Source: Auanema rhodensis
Taxonomy: Eukaryota > Animalia > Nematoda
Reading direction: 5' to 3'
Length of the DNA stretch: 64,000 nucleotides
Assembly (NCBI GenBank): GCA_964057225.1
Contig: OZ059895.1
Coordinates: forward strand, 13,826,001-13,890,000
The notes under the pieces were generated by a model. The model did no database searches, was not told where the DNA came from, and was given only the letters and a program-made list of their open reading frames with translations. Shown piece by piece: positions 14,361 through 26,223 of the stretch. How positions within the stretch are numbered: the first letter of the stretch is position 1; each line of letters opens with the position of its first letter. The translations under genes and the position numbers were made by a program.

Positions 14361-14712
14361 ATTTTTCTACAAAACAATTAGTTTCGTTTTAAACAAAGAA
14401 GTAAGAACAGAAATCGAATTCGAAAGAAATAATGAAAAAAAACTTTCATACAGCATTTAATCAGTAAGTTTGTACACTCGTTTGTTATTCTTCTTATTTT
14501 TCATTACATATTTTAAAAAAAAGTGAATTTGTATGATTTAATCTGATTAAACGAGATGAAAGAGCTTTAAATATTTAAAAATGATAAGAAATCTTTAAAA
14601 TAAGAAATAGCAGCAATATCCTATATGGTGAAAAGTGCTGACACAAATCATGTGCGTGATGTGCCATAATTGATTTTTCGGAACTCGAGCAATTAACATT
14701 TGTGTGCTTGAT

Positions 14713-15261
14713 ATGTCTGTTGAAGCATTTAAGGATATAACAACATTCAAAACTGTTAGTTTTCACAATAGATTATGCAAGAAAGAATTAATTTAAGGAA
14801 GAATACGTGGAAGCTGTAAAACTACTTCAAAACGCGATAGCTGCTGATGAGCATTATGATGTGGTCAGCTATAATGAATTCTTTGTGATGGTTCGAACTT
14901 TCATTTCATATTATTTATAAATATGATACTTCAGGAACATAATTTCAAGTTTTATGATCGTAGAATACGCGATGTTAATTATAAGAAAGGTTGCGGTATT
15001 TTACTTACTGTTCTGATGGAATTTTTTTCAGCACATAAGTATAATTCGAACATTGCAAGAAAACTTAAAAAAAGAAAAATGAAAGAAAAAAATGGTGAAC
15101 CATCAAACGAAGACTCTGATGAAGACTCTGAAGATGATTCGGAAGATGATTCGGAGGATGATTGGAAAGATTCGGAAGATGATTCGGAAGACAGTGACGA
15201 AGAGTTCGAATACGATTCATTTGAAGATGATTACTGTTCCACAACAACGGAAGAGGATTAA
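14713..15261 (+). CDS. Small orphan protein with Lys-rich patch and Asp/Glu/Ser acidic tail
   Basis: Exons MSVEAFKDITTFKT|EEYVEAVKLLQNAIAADEHYDV|EHNFKFYDRRIRDVNYKK|AHKYNSNIARKLKKRKMK...(EDDS)n...YCSTTTEED* join in frame through GT-AG introns. No recognisable domain. Confidence 0.5.
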
Positions 15262-15337
15262 TTTCATTCCTAACACTTGCTTTATTTGTATGTATAATTC
15301 GTATTTTAATTTAATAGAAAAAAAGAAGCATTTAATC

Positions 15338-15486
15338 TGAACATTGCAAGAAAACAGTGCCTCAGAAGAAGGGGACGACGAGTTTGATTTCGATGCATTT
15401 GACGACGATTACTGTTCCACAACTACGGATGTGGATTAATTTCATTCCTAACACTTGCTTTATTTATATGTATAATTCTGTATTTA
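15338..15486 (+). repeat. Diverged tandem duplicate of the last exon and 3' UTR of the acidic orphan gene
   Basis: GAACATTGCAAGAAAAC and GATTACTGTTCCACAAC...GGATTAATTTCATTCCTAACACTTGCTTTATTT..TATGTATAATTC occur both at about 15048-15306 and here. The acidic repeat block is missing in this copy. Confidence 0.85.
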
Positions 15487-15706
15487 TTACCGAGTGATGT
15501 GAAAAAGTTCATTATAAATATTAATTGAGTAAAGTGATTATCAATATTATAATTTTGCCTACAATTATACATAATATATACATATATTTAACTCTCTCTA
15601 CATAAATACATATATATTTATATATATATATATATGCAGTCGTGGTTTTCCGTATTAATTGAGACCTATGGTAAAAGATATGCATAAAAATTTAAATATA
15701 AAAGTT

Positions 15707-18700
15707 CTAGAATGTGTAGTCTTTTTTCTTCCTTTTATTCTTTTCGCAAGCGTTAGTATCATGGCCAAATTCTAGAACTTAGTTGTAAACTCCATCTAAA
15801 AAATTCATAAAGTTACCTTCGCATGTGTCACAGTATTCTCGTGGAGGTGGTTTTTCTTTCTTATTAGGTGTATGATGAGAGTGTCTAGCTACTTCTGCTG
15901 CCTCCATGGCCTTAAATTACTTGTATTAGTGTTAGAGCATGCAAGGAACGTACCTGAGTAGGACAATCTTCGGTGTCATGAACATCAAAGCTTTCACAAA
16001 TATCACAGTAAAGTCTTGGTTTAGGTTTAACTTTCTTTTCATAAGGCGTCGGAATTCTGAAGTAAATGTCAATGCCGAAATAAACTTTTATATTCTAACT
16101 CAGCGGCAGCAGGTTTTAGTAAATTATCTATTTCAGTCTTGAGTTGGATTTCCTTTTTCTGCTGATCAGCGATGATGGAGTTCAGGAAATTGACCTTAAA
16201 CATATTTATATGAGGAAATCTATTTTTTAATACCTGGTTTTGTAATGATATTATTTCCTGATTTTGAGTTCGATTTTTGGCTGTTTCTAAAGCAAATTCA
16301 AGCTCATCTACTTTCTCAGCAAGTGCCATATTTTTTTTTCGTAGATCTGCTTCTAACTCATTGAATAGTTCTCTTAATACCAAAATAGCATTAAAGAGGC
16401 AAAAATAACGATTACGACATACAATTGCTTGCGAGTATCAATCAGAGGACTTTGATTTGCTTCCTTTTCTTTTATAGATTCCAATAACTTTTCATTCTCA
16501 ACTTTCACAGAAGAGTTTTGATCGGAAAGTACTTTCAGCTGAACAGACATTGTAAGTCAAAACATTTTATGGCTATACCTGGGATTCAAGTTCGCGGATG
16601 CGATTCAAGTTGTCAGAAACGGTTTTCTGAGCATCGCTCAAGTCTGTTGAAGTAGCTATGTGATTTCTCAACTACAAATAATCTTTAAATATCACTTGAT
16701 TCCTAAAAAGTACCTCATTTTTAGCAATTTCTGCTTCAGCTTTAACACTATTAAGATCATCATCAGCTTTTTCTAAGGATTGTGATAACTGATTATTCTC
16801 AGCTTCAGCTTTTTCCAATAATTTAGATAACTGAGTTTTCTCAGCATCTGTCTTTTCCAAAGAGTCTGATAGTTGAGTCTTCTCAGCATCCGACTTTTCC
16901 AAAGATTCTGATAGCTGGGTCTTCTCAGCATCAGCCTTTTCCAATGATTCTGATAGCTTTAACTTCTCAGCATCAGCCTTTTCTAATGATTCTAATAGCT
17001 GTGACTTCTCAGCATCAGCCTTCTCCAACAATTGAGATAACTGAGTCTTCTCAGCAACAGCCTTTTCCAAGGATACTGATAGCTGTGATTTCTCAGAAGC
17101 TGCCTTTTCCAAGGATTCTGATAGCTCAGTCTTCCCAGCACCAGCCTTTTCCATTAATTCTGATAGCTGTGACTTCTCAGAAGCTGTCTTTTCTAAGGAT
17201 TCTGATAGCTGATTCTTCTCAGCACAGGCTTTTTCCAATAATTCTGATAGCTGTGACTTCTCAGCATCTGATTTTTGCAACAGTTCAGATAACTGAGTCT
17301 TCTCAGCAGCAGCCTTTTCCAATGATTCTGACAGCTGACTCTTCTCAGCATCAGCCTTTTCCAATGATTCTGATAACTGGGTCTTCTCTGCATCAGTCTT
17401 TTCCAACAATTGAGATAACTGAGTCTTTTCAGCATCAGTTTTTTGCAAGGATTCTGATAGTTGGGCCTTTTCAACTTCAGCTTTTTCTAACATTTGCGAT
17501 AGTTGGCTTTTTTCAGTATCAGATGTTGTCAAGGAATCTGATAGTTGAGTCATCTCGGTCTTCATAGCTTCAAGCAATTTTACTTGGTTATCTATCTGCA
17601 AACAACTTTCAGCATATTGATTTTGAACAGTTTTGAGTTCAGTTGAAACTTCACTATCAGATGTAGTTAAGAGATTAACCTAAACATAATTTTTAAAACT
17701 GCTAAAAACTATATGATTACTCTTGTTATTAATTCATATTTATGCTTCTCGGCAGCTTCCAATTTCTCTTCAATAGCACTAATTTCTTTTAATGAACATT
17801 CCAACTGAAATGACCATAATATATAAATATAGTAAAAACAAAGTGAAATACCTTCGATTTCAAATCTGAAGAGTTATTCATCAAGTTTTCATTCTCTTCA
17901 GTAAGTTTTGATTTGAATTCTTGAAGAACAGAAAGTTCTTTTTTAAGAGATTCAATCTAAAAAGAACATTGTATTAAAACGATTCAATTTACTTGTACCT
18001 CAGATTGACGTTCTTGTACTTCGGCATTTTTCTCTTCTTGCTGCTTTAGTAAAATAATCTTTTCATCAGAAACAATGGTCAGATTATCTTTTAATAATTT
18101 GATCTGTAAATAAAATGAGTTAAAAACGTTAATTGCTTTAAATATACTTCAGCTTGACTTTCCTCCAATTGTACTCTTGTGGAATTCAATGAAGCCAGAG
18201 TTGATTCACTCGATGATTCTGCAGAAGATACTTGAGCATTAGCCGCAGTGATCTGAAAAGAGAAGAATTATAAAATAATTTTGTTCATTCAATGCTAACC
18301 TGAGCATTAAGATTCTGAACTTCATTTGATAGTTTCTTAATCTGTTCTTCTTGGTTGCTTATTAAGGTACTTAGTTCTGTATTTTTCTTATGTTCTTGAT
18401 TAAGCTAAAAATGAAAATAAAACATTGGAATTGAATTATTAATCATTTTGATTAATCTATTTCTACAGTTGTTAAAGTACAATTCAATTATATGCATACC
18501 TTATCCTGTAATTGAGAAACTTCCGAACTCATCTGATCATTCTGAGATAACGATGCTTCACTCAATCTAAAACAAACTATAGAGTAAAGTAGACAATGAT
18601 AATACATACGCTTCTATTTTCTTTTGAAGGCTCGTGATTTCGTCTGATTTATTTCTCAGATCACCTTCGAGCTTAGAACGAATAGTGGTCTCAGCAGCAA

Positions 18701-21700
18701 GTGATCGTTCAAGCTAAAACTGAATAAAATAATGAATGCCCTTTATAGATACCTTTGTGATATTATCCGCCTGTTCATCTTGAGCACGCTTGAAATTTGT
18801 TTCATCAGCTTGTAGCTTTTCTTTCAAAGTGGAAATACAGTCAGATTGATTTTTAATTTCAATTTCTGCCCTTAAAATATTTTGTTCGAAGAAAATAAGA
18901 AATAAGAATATTTATACTCTTTGATTTTCCCCATTAAATGTTCAACTTCGGATACATTCTTGGCACATTCCGCTTTGGCAGCTTCCAAGTCTTTAGCCAT
19001 AGTGCTTTCTCCCATTTTGAAGGATTCAACAGAACTTTGAAGAGCTTCATATGAGTTCTTAACATTCTGCAATTCATTTTGCACAGTATCTATAATTTTA
19101 TTCTTCTCGGAAATTTCCTCAGTGCCAGACGATAGCAATGTTTGCAAGCTGAAAAAATAATAATATTAATAATTAAATAACAATTCATACTTAGAAGATT
19201 CTTCCTGTGCCTTATTAAGATGTTCTTCCAATTTTTTATTACTTCGCTCAAGAATACAAATCTTATCTTCCAACTCGTGCTTTAAGGAAATATTATTTTC
19301 CTTCTAAAAAAATGTTTTTAATAAACTAATCCTATATAGAAAACCTCTGAATCAAATTCATTAGTAATACCATCCAGCTTTTCCTTCAATGTTTTTCTCT
19401 CAACATCAATATCCGTCAGATCATTCGTAAGCCTAAAAAAAATACTTACTTACTTATGGTTTATCTGCAAGTCTTACTTTTCAACTTCTTTTACTTTATT
19501 TCTCAGCTCTCGTTCAACTTCATTTAGTTTCAGGTTTATATCTTCTTCTTGTTTTTTCGTAACTGACAATTGCTCCTTGATCTAAAAAAATTGTCATAAT
19601 GCAGTAAAAGGTACGTATAATACATTATTCAATAGAGTTTCATTATCAGTTGTCATTAATTCCTTTTCCTTCTCATACTGTTCTTTCAGAAGTTTTAGTT
19701 CTTCTTGGGCGGCGTTTACTTTCGCATGCTCTTCCTCAGCCTTCTGTTTCAGCGTTGCTTCGTTCTCTTGTTTCACCTTAATCTGATCTTCAGCAGCATT
19801 AGCAATTTGGGTTTCCAAATGAGTTATCTGAAACGTTTTCCTTACTCTGGATAAACATATATAGACCGCCTGCCTTTTCTTTTTCAGCTGATAGAGCCTC
19901 TTGTGCTTGTCTCAATTTGTCTTCCACGTCTGCTTTATCCTTCTCATACTGTTCTTTTAGAAGTTGTATTTCTTTTTGGGCGGCATGTTCTTCTTCAGCC
20001 TTCTGTTTCAGCGTTGCTTCGTTCTCTTGTTTCACCTTAATCTGATCTTCAGCAGCATTAGCAATTTGTGTTTCCAAATGAGTTATCTGTAATGTTTTTC
20101 ATATTCTGAATAAGCAGGTATAGATCAGCCACCTTCTCCTTTTCAGCTGATAGAGCATCTTGTGCTTCTCTCAATTTATCTTCCACGTCTGCTTTAGCCT
20201 TCTCATACTGTTCTTTCAAAAGTTTCATTTCTTCTTGGGCAGCATTTACTTTGGCATGCTCTTCCGCAGCCTTTTGTTTCAGTGTTGCTTCGTTTTCATG
20301 CTTCACCTTAATTTGATCTTCAGCAGCATTAGCGATTTGTGCTTCCAAGTGAATTATCTGTAATGTTTCTCATATTCTGAATAAGCACGTATAGATCAGC
20401 TACCTTTTCCTTTTCAGCTGCAATAGTCTCTTGTGCTTGTCTCAATTTATCTTCCACGTCTGCTTTATCCTTCTCAGCGATTTCCAAATTAGAAGACAAA
20501 GTTGCTATCTTCTCAGTTGATAATTCATGGTCTTCGTTCATTTGTTTTTTCATTTTTTCCAAACTTTCTGTATTATTGATAAATTCGGTTTGGGAATTCT
20601 AAATTTATATAAAAATTAACATATCATAAACTCTACTTTAATACCTTTATATCATCTTCCAATTTTTGAAGAATAATATTCTTTTCAGAAAGTAGTTCGT
20701 TAAGCTTAAAAAATTGATTTGATCATTCATAAACCAAAAATAGAATTTACTAACCTGCTTGACCTGTTCAATTTGAGATTTAAGAGCATTATCTAAGTCC
20801 TTGTTATGAGCCTCAAGTTTTGAATTATTCTCCAGAATAGTATTCTTCTCTTTCTCTTGAGCAGTAATGGTTTCCTATAGAAAATATGTGTAAACGAAAC
20901 CTAAAAAAGAAATAACTTGAAGTTGAATAGATGCAGTTCCTTGTTCAGCAGTTAATGATTTCAACAGTTCTTTCTGATTTGTGCTTTCCTTTTCACTTTC
21001 AGTTATTTTTTCTAAAATATTTTTTTAAAGCAATATTGACACATGTATATACGTTGAAGTTCCTTAATTTGTGATTCAAATTCACTTGTTGCGACATCAA
21101 ACTTGGATTTCTGTTCCGATAGTGATTTATCAGATAATTCAAGTTTTTGCATAAGATCTTGTAGCTCCTAAAAATAAAATAAAATGTTAGTGATAACAAA
21201 GAAAAAAAACCTTTTCAAATTGAACTTTCATCTCTTCAAAGTTGTCCTGTACTACTTTCAAAGAGTTTTTCTCATTTAACAAAGTATCTCTAGCCTAAAA
21301 CAACAGAAAATTAATTTTACATTGGAAAGAACTAACTGAATCGAGCTCAGAAACAGTTGAAGCAAGGTCGGATTTGAGAGCTTCATGCTGTTTCTCTTTT
21401 CCCTCATATTCGTTAACTTTATTCTAAATATACTCATAATTTTCATAAACAGAAATGTTTTACCTTCAAAAGACTTATTTCAGTTCGTAGAACTTTTATT
21501 TCGTCTTGAGAATTCTCATTATTAACTGCAGGAGCAGTTTGAAGTGAAGCTGATTCAACTTTCTGTTGTAAATCTTCAATCTCACACTGTCTCATAGCAT
21601 TTTCTTCTTCTAATTTGAAAGTAAGTTCTTCAAGCTCGTTTTTCTTCAGAAGCAGTTCTTCATGTATTTTCTTCTTTTCCTTTTCAGATACTTTTAACTG

Positions 21701-22919
21701 AAATCACTGTGTAAGACAGAGACACAACAGGAACTCAAACCTTATCATGAAGTACTTTCACTTCATCCCCTTGATTGCCTTCTAATTCTTTGATTCTGTA
21801 AAAATATTTTTTCAAATGAAGTTAAACTATGGCAAACCTATTAGTTAGCTGAGCTATTTCAGCTTTTTCCATTTCACGTTCGGCTATAATCTGCTCAATG
21901 TGTTTATCTTTTTCTTTCAGAGCGTCATGCATTGCTCCTTGTCCTGAACTACTTAATAACACTGGAGCTCTAAGTCCTGTTCTCATGACACCAAATCGAG
22001 ACGAAGCCACGCTAGATCGTCCAATCGAAGAGAGGGATTCTCTACTGCCTCGACTTCCAGTACGGTTTTGATGCCGAAGAATTGAAGTTTTGTTATGATG
22101 AACCTGTTCAATTTTTAAAATTATTTCAATTATTAAATAGTCATTGATTACAAAGCTTTTAGTCGGAGTTTGATTCACAGCTTTTTTCGTTTTTGTGGCT
22201 GGTGTAAATATGCCAAACATTGGTTTACAGGAGAAATATCTTTTACCCTGAAATATAATCTTTCTTCAAAAATATGATTTTAAATACCTGAACACTTCCA
22301 TCATTTTTTCCAAGAGGTTGGTCTAATTCAATTCCAGCCCAAACACCTTGAGCAAAATCAGTTGTATCCAAATATCTAAGGATACCCGTTTTATCACCGG
22401 TTATTACACGATCACCAATATCAATACTATAAAATCATATATAATACTGTTTAACATACAATGAAGCTACCCAAACTCCGCCGCATGTTTACTGACTGGT
22501 CTATCTGGAGTCGGGGATTTGAAGCGAGCAGGTGACATTAGCACCCTTTCTAATTTACTTGATTTACAAAACAGTCCATAATCTTGTGTACACTACAACA
22601 AAAAATTCACATAAAAGACAACATGTGTGAAAACATACTGTGAAATATCTATGTCCATTAACAGATCCATCATTTTTTCCCGCTGCCTCATCTAATACTA
22701 TTCCAATCCACTCTCCGGGAGCAAATTTCGTATTTCCTATAAATGCTATATTGCCAACCCGTCCATTTACTCGAACTCTATCTCCAATCTTAAAAGAAAA
22801 TATAATTTATTTTTAAAATCTTCAATAACCTGCCAACTTCCAATACCACTTACACACGAAGAAACAGAAAAAACAGACTCTCTACTGTCACTCCGTACCA
22901 ACCTGGACCCTATATCCAT
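15707..22919 (-). CDS. clip-1: CLIP-170/restin homologue: two CAP-Gly domains, long coiled coil, two C-terminal CCHC zinc knuckles
   Basis: Two CAP-Gly domains (IGDRV...[28 protein letters not shown]; IGDRV...[28 protein letters not shown]). Then [71 protein letters not shown], and an aromatic C-terminus DYTF*. Confidence 0.93.
16753..17550 (-). repeat. Coding minisatellite: 19 x 42 bp (14-aa, two-heptad unit [14 protein letters not shown]) in one CLIP exon
   Basis: Units counted directly in ORF 16672..17601. No indels between units. Confidence 0.95.
19668..20476 (-). repeat. Tandemly triplicated exon+intron unit (period 271/259 bp) within the CLIP gene
   Basis: Homologous 46-nt introns at 20358-20403, 20087-20132 and 19828-19873. 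Exons repeat [32 protein letters not shown]... The middle copy has a 12-nt in-frame deletion. Confidence 0.93.
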
Positions 22920-24513
22920 TATTAATCTGAAACAGGAAAATTATCATTAACACTAAAAAATACAAAATAAACTTGCTATTCAAAGCTATTCGAAAATGAA
23001 ATAATATCTGGTTTTAACTTGAACGTATTTTCTAGTGAATGACTATTCTTTTTTATTTGTGGCTGTACTGTACAATATGAAAATTTCCGAGTTAAATGTG
23101 AAGTTTCAAAACGAATAAAAAAATGCAAAAATATTGGCCATATAGTCTGTTTAGACAAAAAACAAAAACAACTTGTTTAATCCTACTTGAACCAACAGAT
23201 AAAGCCTTTTTGAATTCTAACGAGCAATTATCAGCTCGATAATGAAGAGCTAAATTATTCATATCACTTAATTCAAATAAAGCAAAATGATGATAATTAT
23301 ATTATCTTTTTATTTATTTATAATTTCATAGAAATATAAAGATAGTATAAGCAATACTGTACACAACACATATATATTAGTAGATATGCTTTAAGTATGC
23401 TTACTAAAACTGTAGTTTACTGTAATGTTCATGTTAATTTATCATAATTAGGCGCGTACGTAAAGGTGCATAGTTTATTTTCGTGTTTACTTTTTTATTT
23501 TACAAGAGAATAGCTCGGGGGTGAGTAACATAAACAACTTATGAGAAGATATCATATGAAAACAATATCAAAGAACAAATATATATCATGTATATATATA
23601 TATATTTATTATGTTATTTATAACATATAAATCACTGTATAACATATTACAAATCTAATTATTTGAAATAAACAGATACGTAAAAGTGTACTGTTAACTT
23701 TTGTATCTCTATGTTACTGCTGATTCAAGTGTCAAATAATAAAAACATGAAAGCAAATTGAAAATTTGAGATGAAAATTGGTTTATGAATGAGTTCAAAG
23801 AGACATGTCGTTTTTCTTCAAACAAAGAGTTTTCCTAAAGATTGCTCTTATTCCTTTCCAGTTTCAATAGCTAGGCACCTATCAGAATCTATTGTTCTGA
23901 AATATCCAAATATAAATGTTTCATCAAAAGTTAAGTAAAGTCACAACTTTTGGAAGGCAAATATCAGTACTAGCATTATCATTGTTAATTAGTTTTAAAA
24001 TTATAAATATACATAATTTGTAACAAAATAGGTAAATTTAGTGAACAAAAATTAGAAATTTATAATTGGTTAGTTTTAATAATATGTAATTAAATAATAT
24101 ATTTGATGATATAGTTTGTTATACATATAATTATTGTCATCATTATCATTACTCATATATTTTTTTTCATTTTTCTCACTTGTTAGAAAATTCTTCAAAT
24201 ATGACTCATTGCAAACATTTCTCGTCATCTGATTGTCTACAAAGCTTCTATCCGATATTTGCCTACCAATAGACAAATAAATAGTATTCAGTCTCATTTT
24301 GAACGATCCCTCCTCTCTTTTTCCTATTTCCTTCTCATTTTTCCATTCAATATCTGATAACGCGTTGATTTTCTATAGCATAGTTCCAAAATTAAAAAAA
24401 ATCAAGGTTTATTGAATATATTGTGTATGTCGTACTTCTAATCCATTGGTTTTTCAATTTAATGATTTAAATATTTGATGAATCATCATTGTCACATGAA
24501 TGTTTGTTCATAC

Positions 24514-24520
24514 TATATAA
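24514..24520 (+). promoter_or_regulatory. Putative TATA box of the micro-exon gene
   Basis: TATATAA about 50 nt upstream of ATG 24566, with a TGATAA (GATA) site at 24355. Confidence 0.5.
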
Positions 24521-24565
24521 GGAGATTCTAGTATTTCATTCAGACTCAGAAATACTTTCATCGAA

Positions 24566-25761
24566 ATGGGCAAAGGTAAAACTCCATTCCCCGAAAATGT
24601 AAGTTTCAACTATCCTATAGATTTCACCTATTGTTAAACATTTTCTAATAATTGATAATATTAAAGGCTCCTCCTATTGGATCTGGAATGAATGATTACT
24701 ATGATAATCAAGGAAATCAAGGAAATCAAGGAAATTACTCTCCGTATCAACAACAGCAACCACAACAACAACCTCAAGAACATCAGTATCCACACCATCA
24801 TGGCAATCATCATCATCACCATAATGGTGTAAGTATATTATTATATAATTTCATTTTCAAATTATAAAATAATCAATTACTTAGTTTCTACATAATCTCA
24901 ATCAAGAATTATTTTGTTTATTTGAAAAGAATGTTGATATGAATTCCAAATATTTTGATTTTAAAGCTTATTGTGTGATCATATGTAGTACGCATGTTTG
25001 CCAGTTCATTTGATGAAAACATGATGCTTCCAGGATTTCTATCAGATTTAACTTGTTCATAACACTTTTTGATACAAACATTATTATTTCAAAATAATAT
25101 TTAAATAAAAAAAAATGCTCACATTATCATTATTTTCAGATGTCTTCTATTGGAGAAGGTGCAGCTCCACCTTATTATGTTGGAGGAGAAGTTTGTAATG
25201 TTCTTGAATATTCTTTTTTATATTAATTTATTCAGAATCCTCCCATAGGTATGGGTAGTCAGCCATATATCCGTGATGGATTACAAGTATTTTCTATTAT
25301 TTCATTGATTTTCATTGTTTTTTTTAAATTAAGGGACCACCAATTGGATCAGGAGGAGAGCTCAACTATCATCCTGGTCAAGTAAAACATTATAATTTAT
25401 AAAATTATAATTATTTTATAAATAATTTAAGAATATTTCAATTGGACGAGCTGGTGAAATAACTCCAGAACCATTCACAAATCATTTTGCTAATGTAAAT
25501 ATATAAAATAATATAAATAATAATATTATAATTAAATTTATAGGCACCACCAATTGGATCAGGAGGTGCTCCAGTTGGATGGGTAAGTATCATCTATCAT
25601 ATAGTATTTTATATTTTTTTATATTTTAGGGTAATAACATTGGCAGTGCCAATGAAGGAGAAGTGGTATTACTAGTTTATATTTGTTTTTTAAATTATTT
25701 TTTTGATTTTAAGGAGAAAAAGCATGGATTTTTACACAATTTATTCCATCGTGATGGCTAA
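24566..25761 (+). CDS. Orphan 176-aa Gly/Pro/His/Gln-rich protein encoded by 9 small symmetric exons with one xPPIGxG-like motif per internal exon
   Basis: Exons 24566-24598, 24667-24828, 25140-25190, 25236-25286, 25334-25381, 25432-25494, 25544-25582, 25630-25665 and 25714-25761. All introns are GT-AG and phase 0, there are no internal stops, and AATAAA lies at about 25842. Confidence 0.85.
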
Positions 25762-26175
25762 GTCAATATCAATATTTGACAAATTTCATTCAAGTTTTAT
25801 ATAATAAGGCATATATACATATATTTCTGTACAATGTACAAAATAAAGATTATAGTAAAGTATTTATATTTATATAAGAAAATTGGTTAAATATAATTTT
25901 ATTTTAACTAAAAACTCATAACATTGATGATTAATGGGGAAATACTTTTCTAGATTTCCAACTGGAATTACTTAAAACAAGAGTTTCATGAAGCAGTTAG
26001 TTACTACTATTGTACTTCTTTGAGTAAATTAATGGTTCATTAATTGTTTTTCTAAATATTTTTATATGAACACAAGATGTAACTCTCATTATTTCCACTG
26101 AAAAGCTAATGTTAGCTGTTTCTTTGTACATTTTTAAACCTTGGAAATGATGAAATAAGTAAGAAAATAAAGTAT

Positions 26176-26178
<3 letters not shown>

Positions 26179-26220
<42 letters not shown>
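26179..26220. repeat. (GA)n microsatellite. Similar GA/CT tracts at about 4803-4850, 34361-34436, 41926-41982, 44576-44630 and 50765-50880
   Basis: Read directly from the sequence. Confidence 0.95.

Positions 26221-26223
<3 letters not shown>

Noticed and set aside
16753-17550. Regularly spaced repeats considered as a CRISPR-like array
   Set aside because: Contiguous in-frame coding tandem repeat with no spacers, in a eukaryotic gene.
16944-17567. 207-aa + strand ORF and other antisense or alternate-frame ORFs over repeats (also 15065-15340, 34359-34658, 37334-37650, 38779-38967, 40540-40989)
   Set aside because: Shadow ORFs of low-complexity coding repeats or real exons on the other strand or frame.
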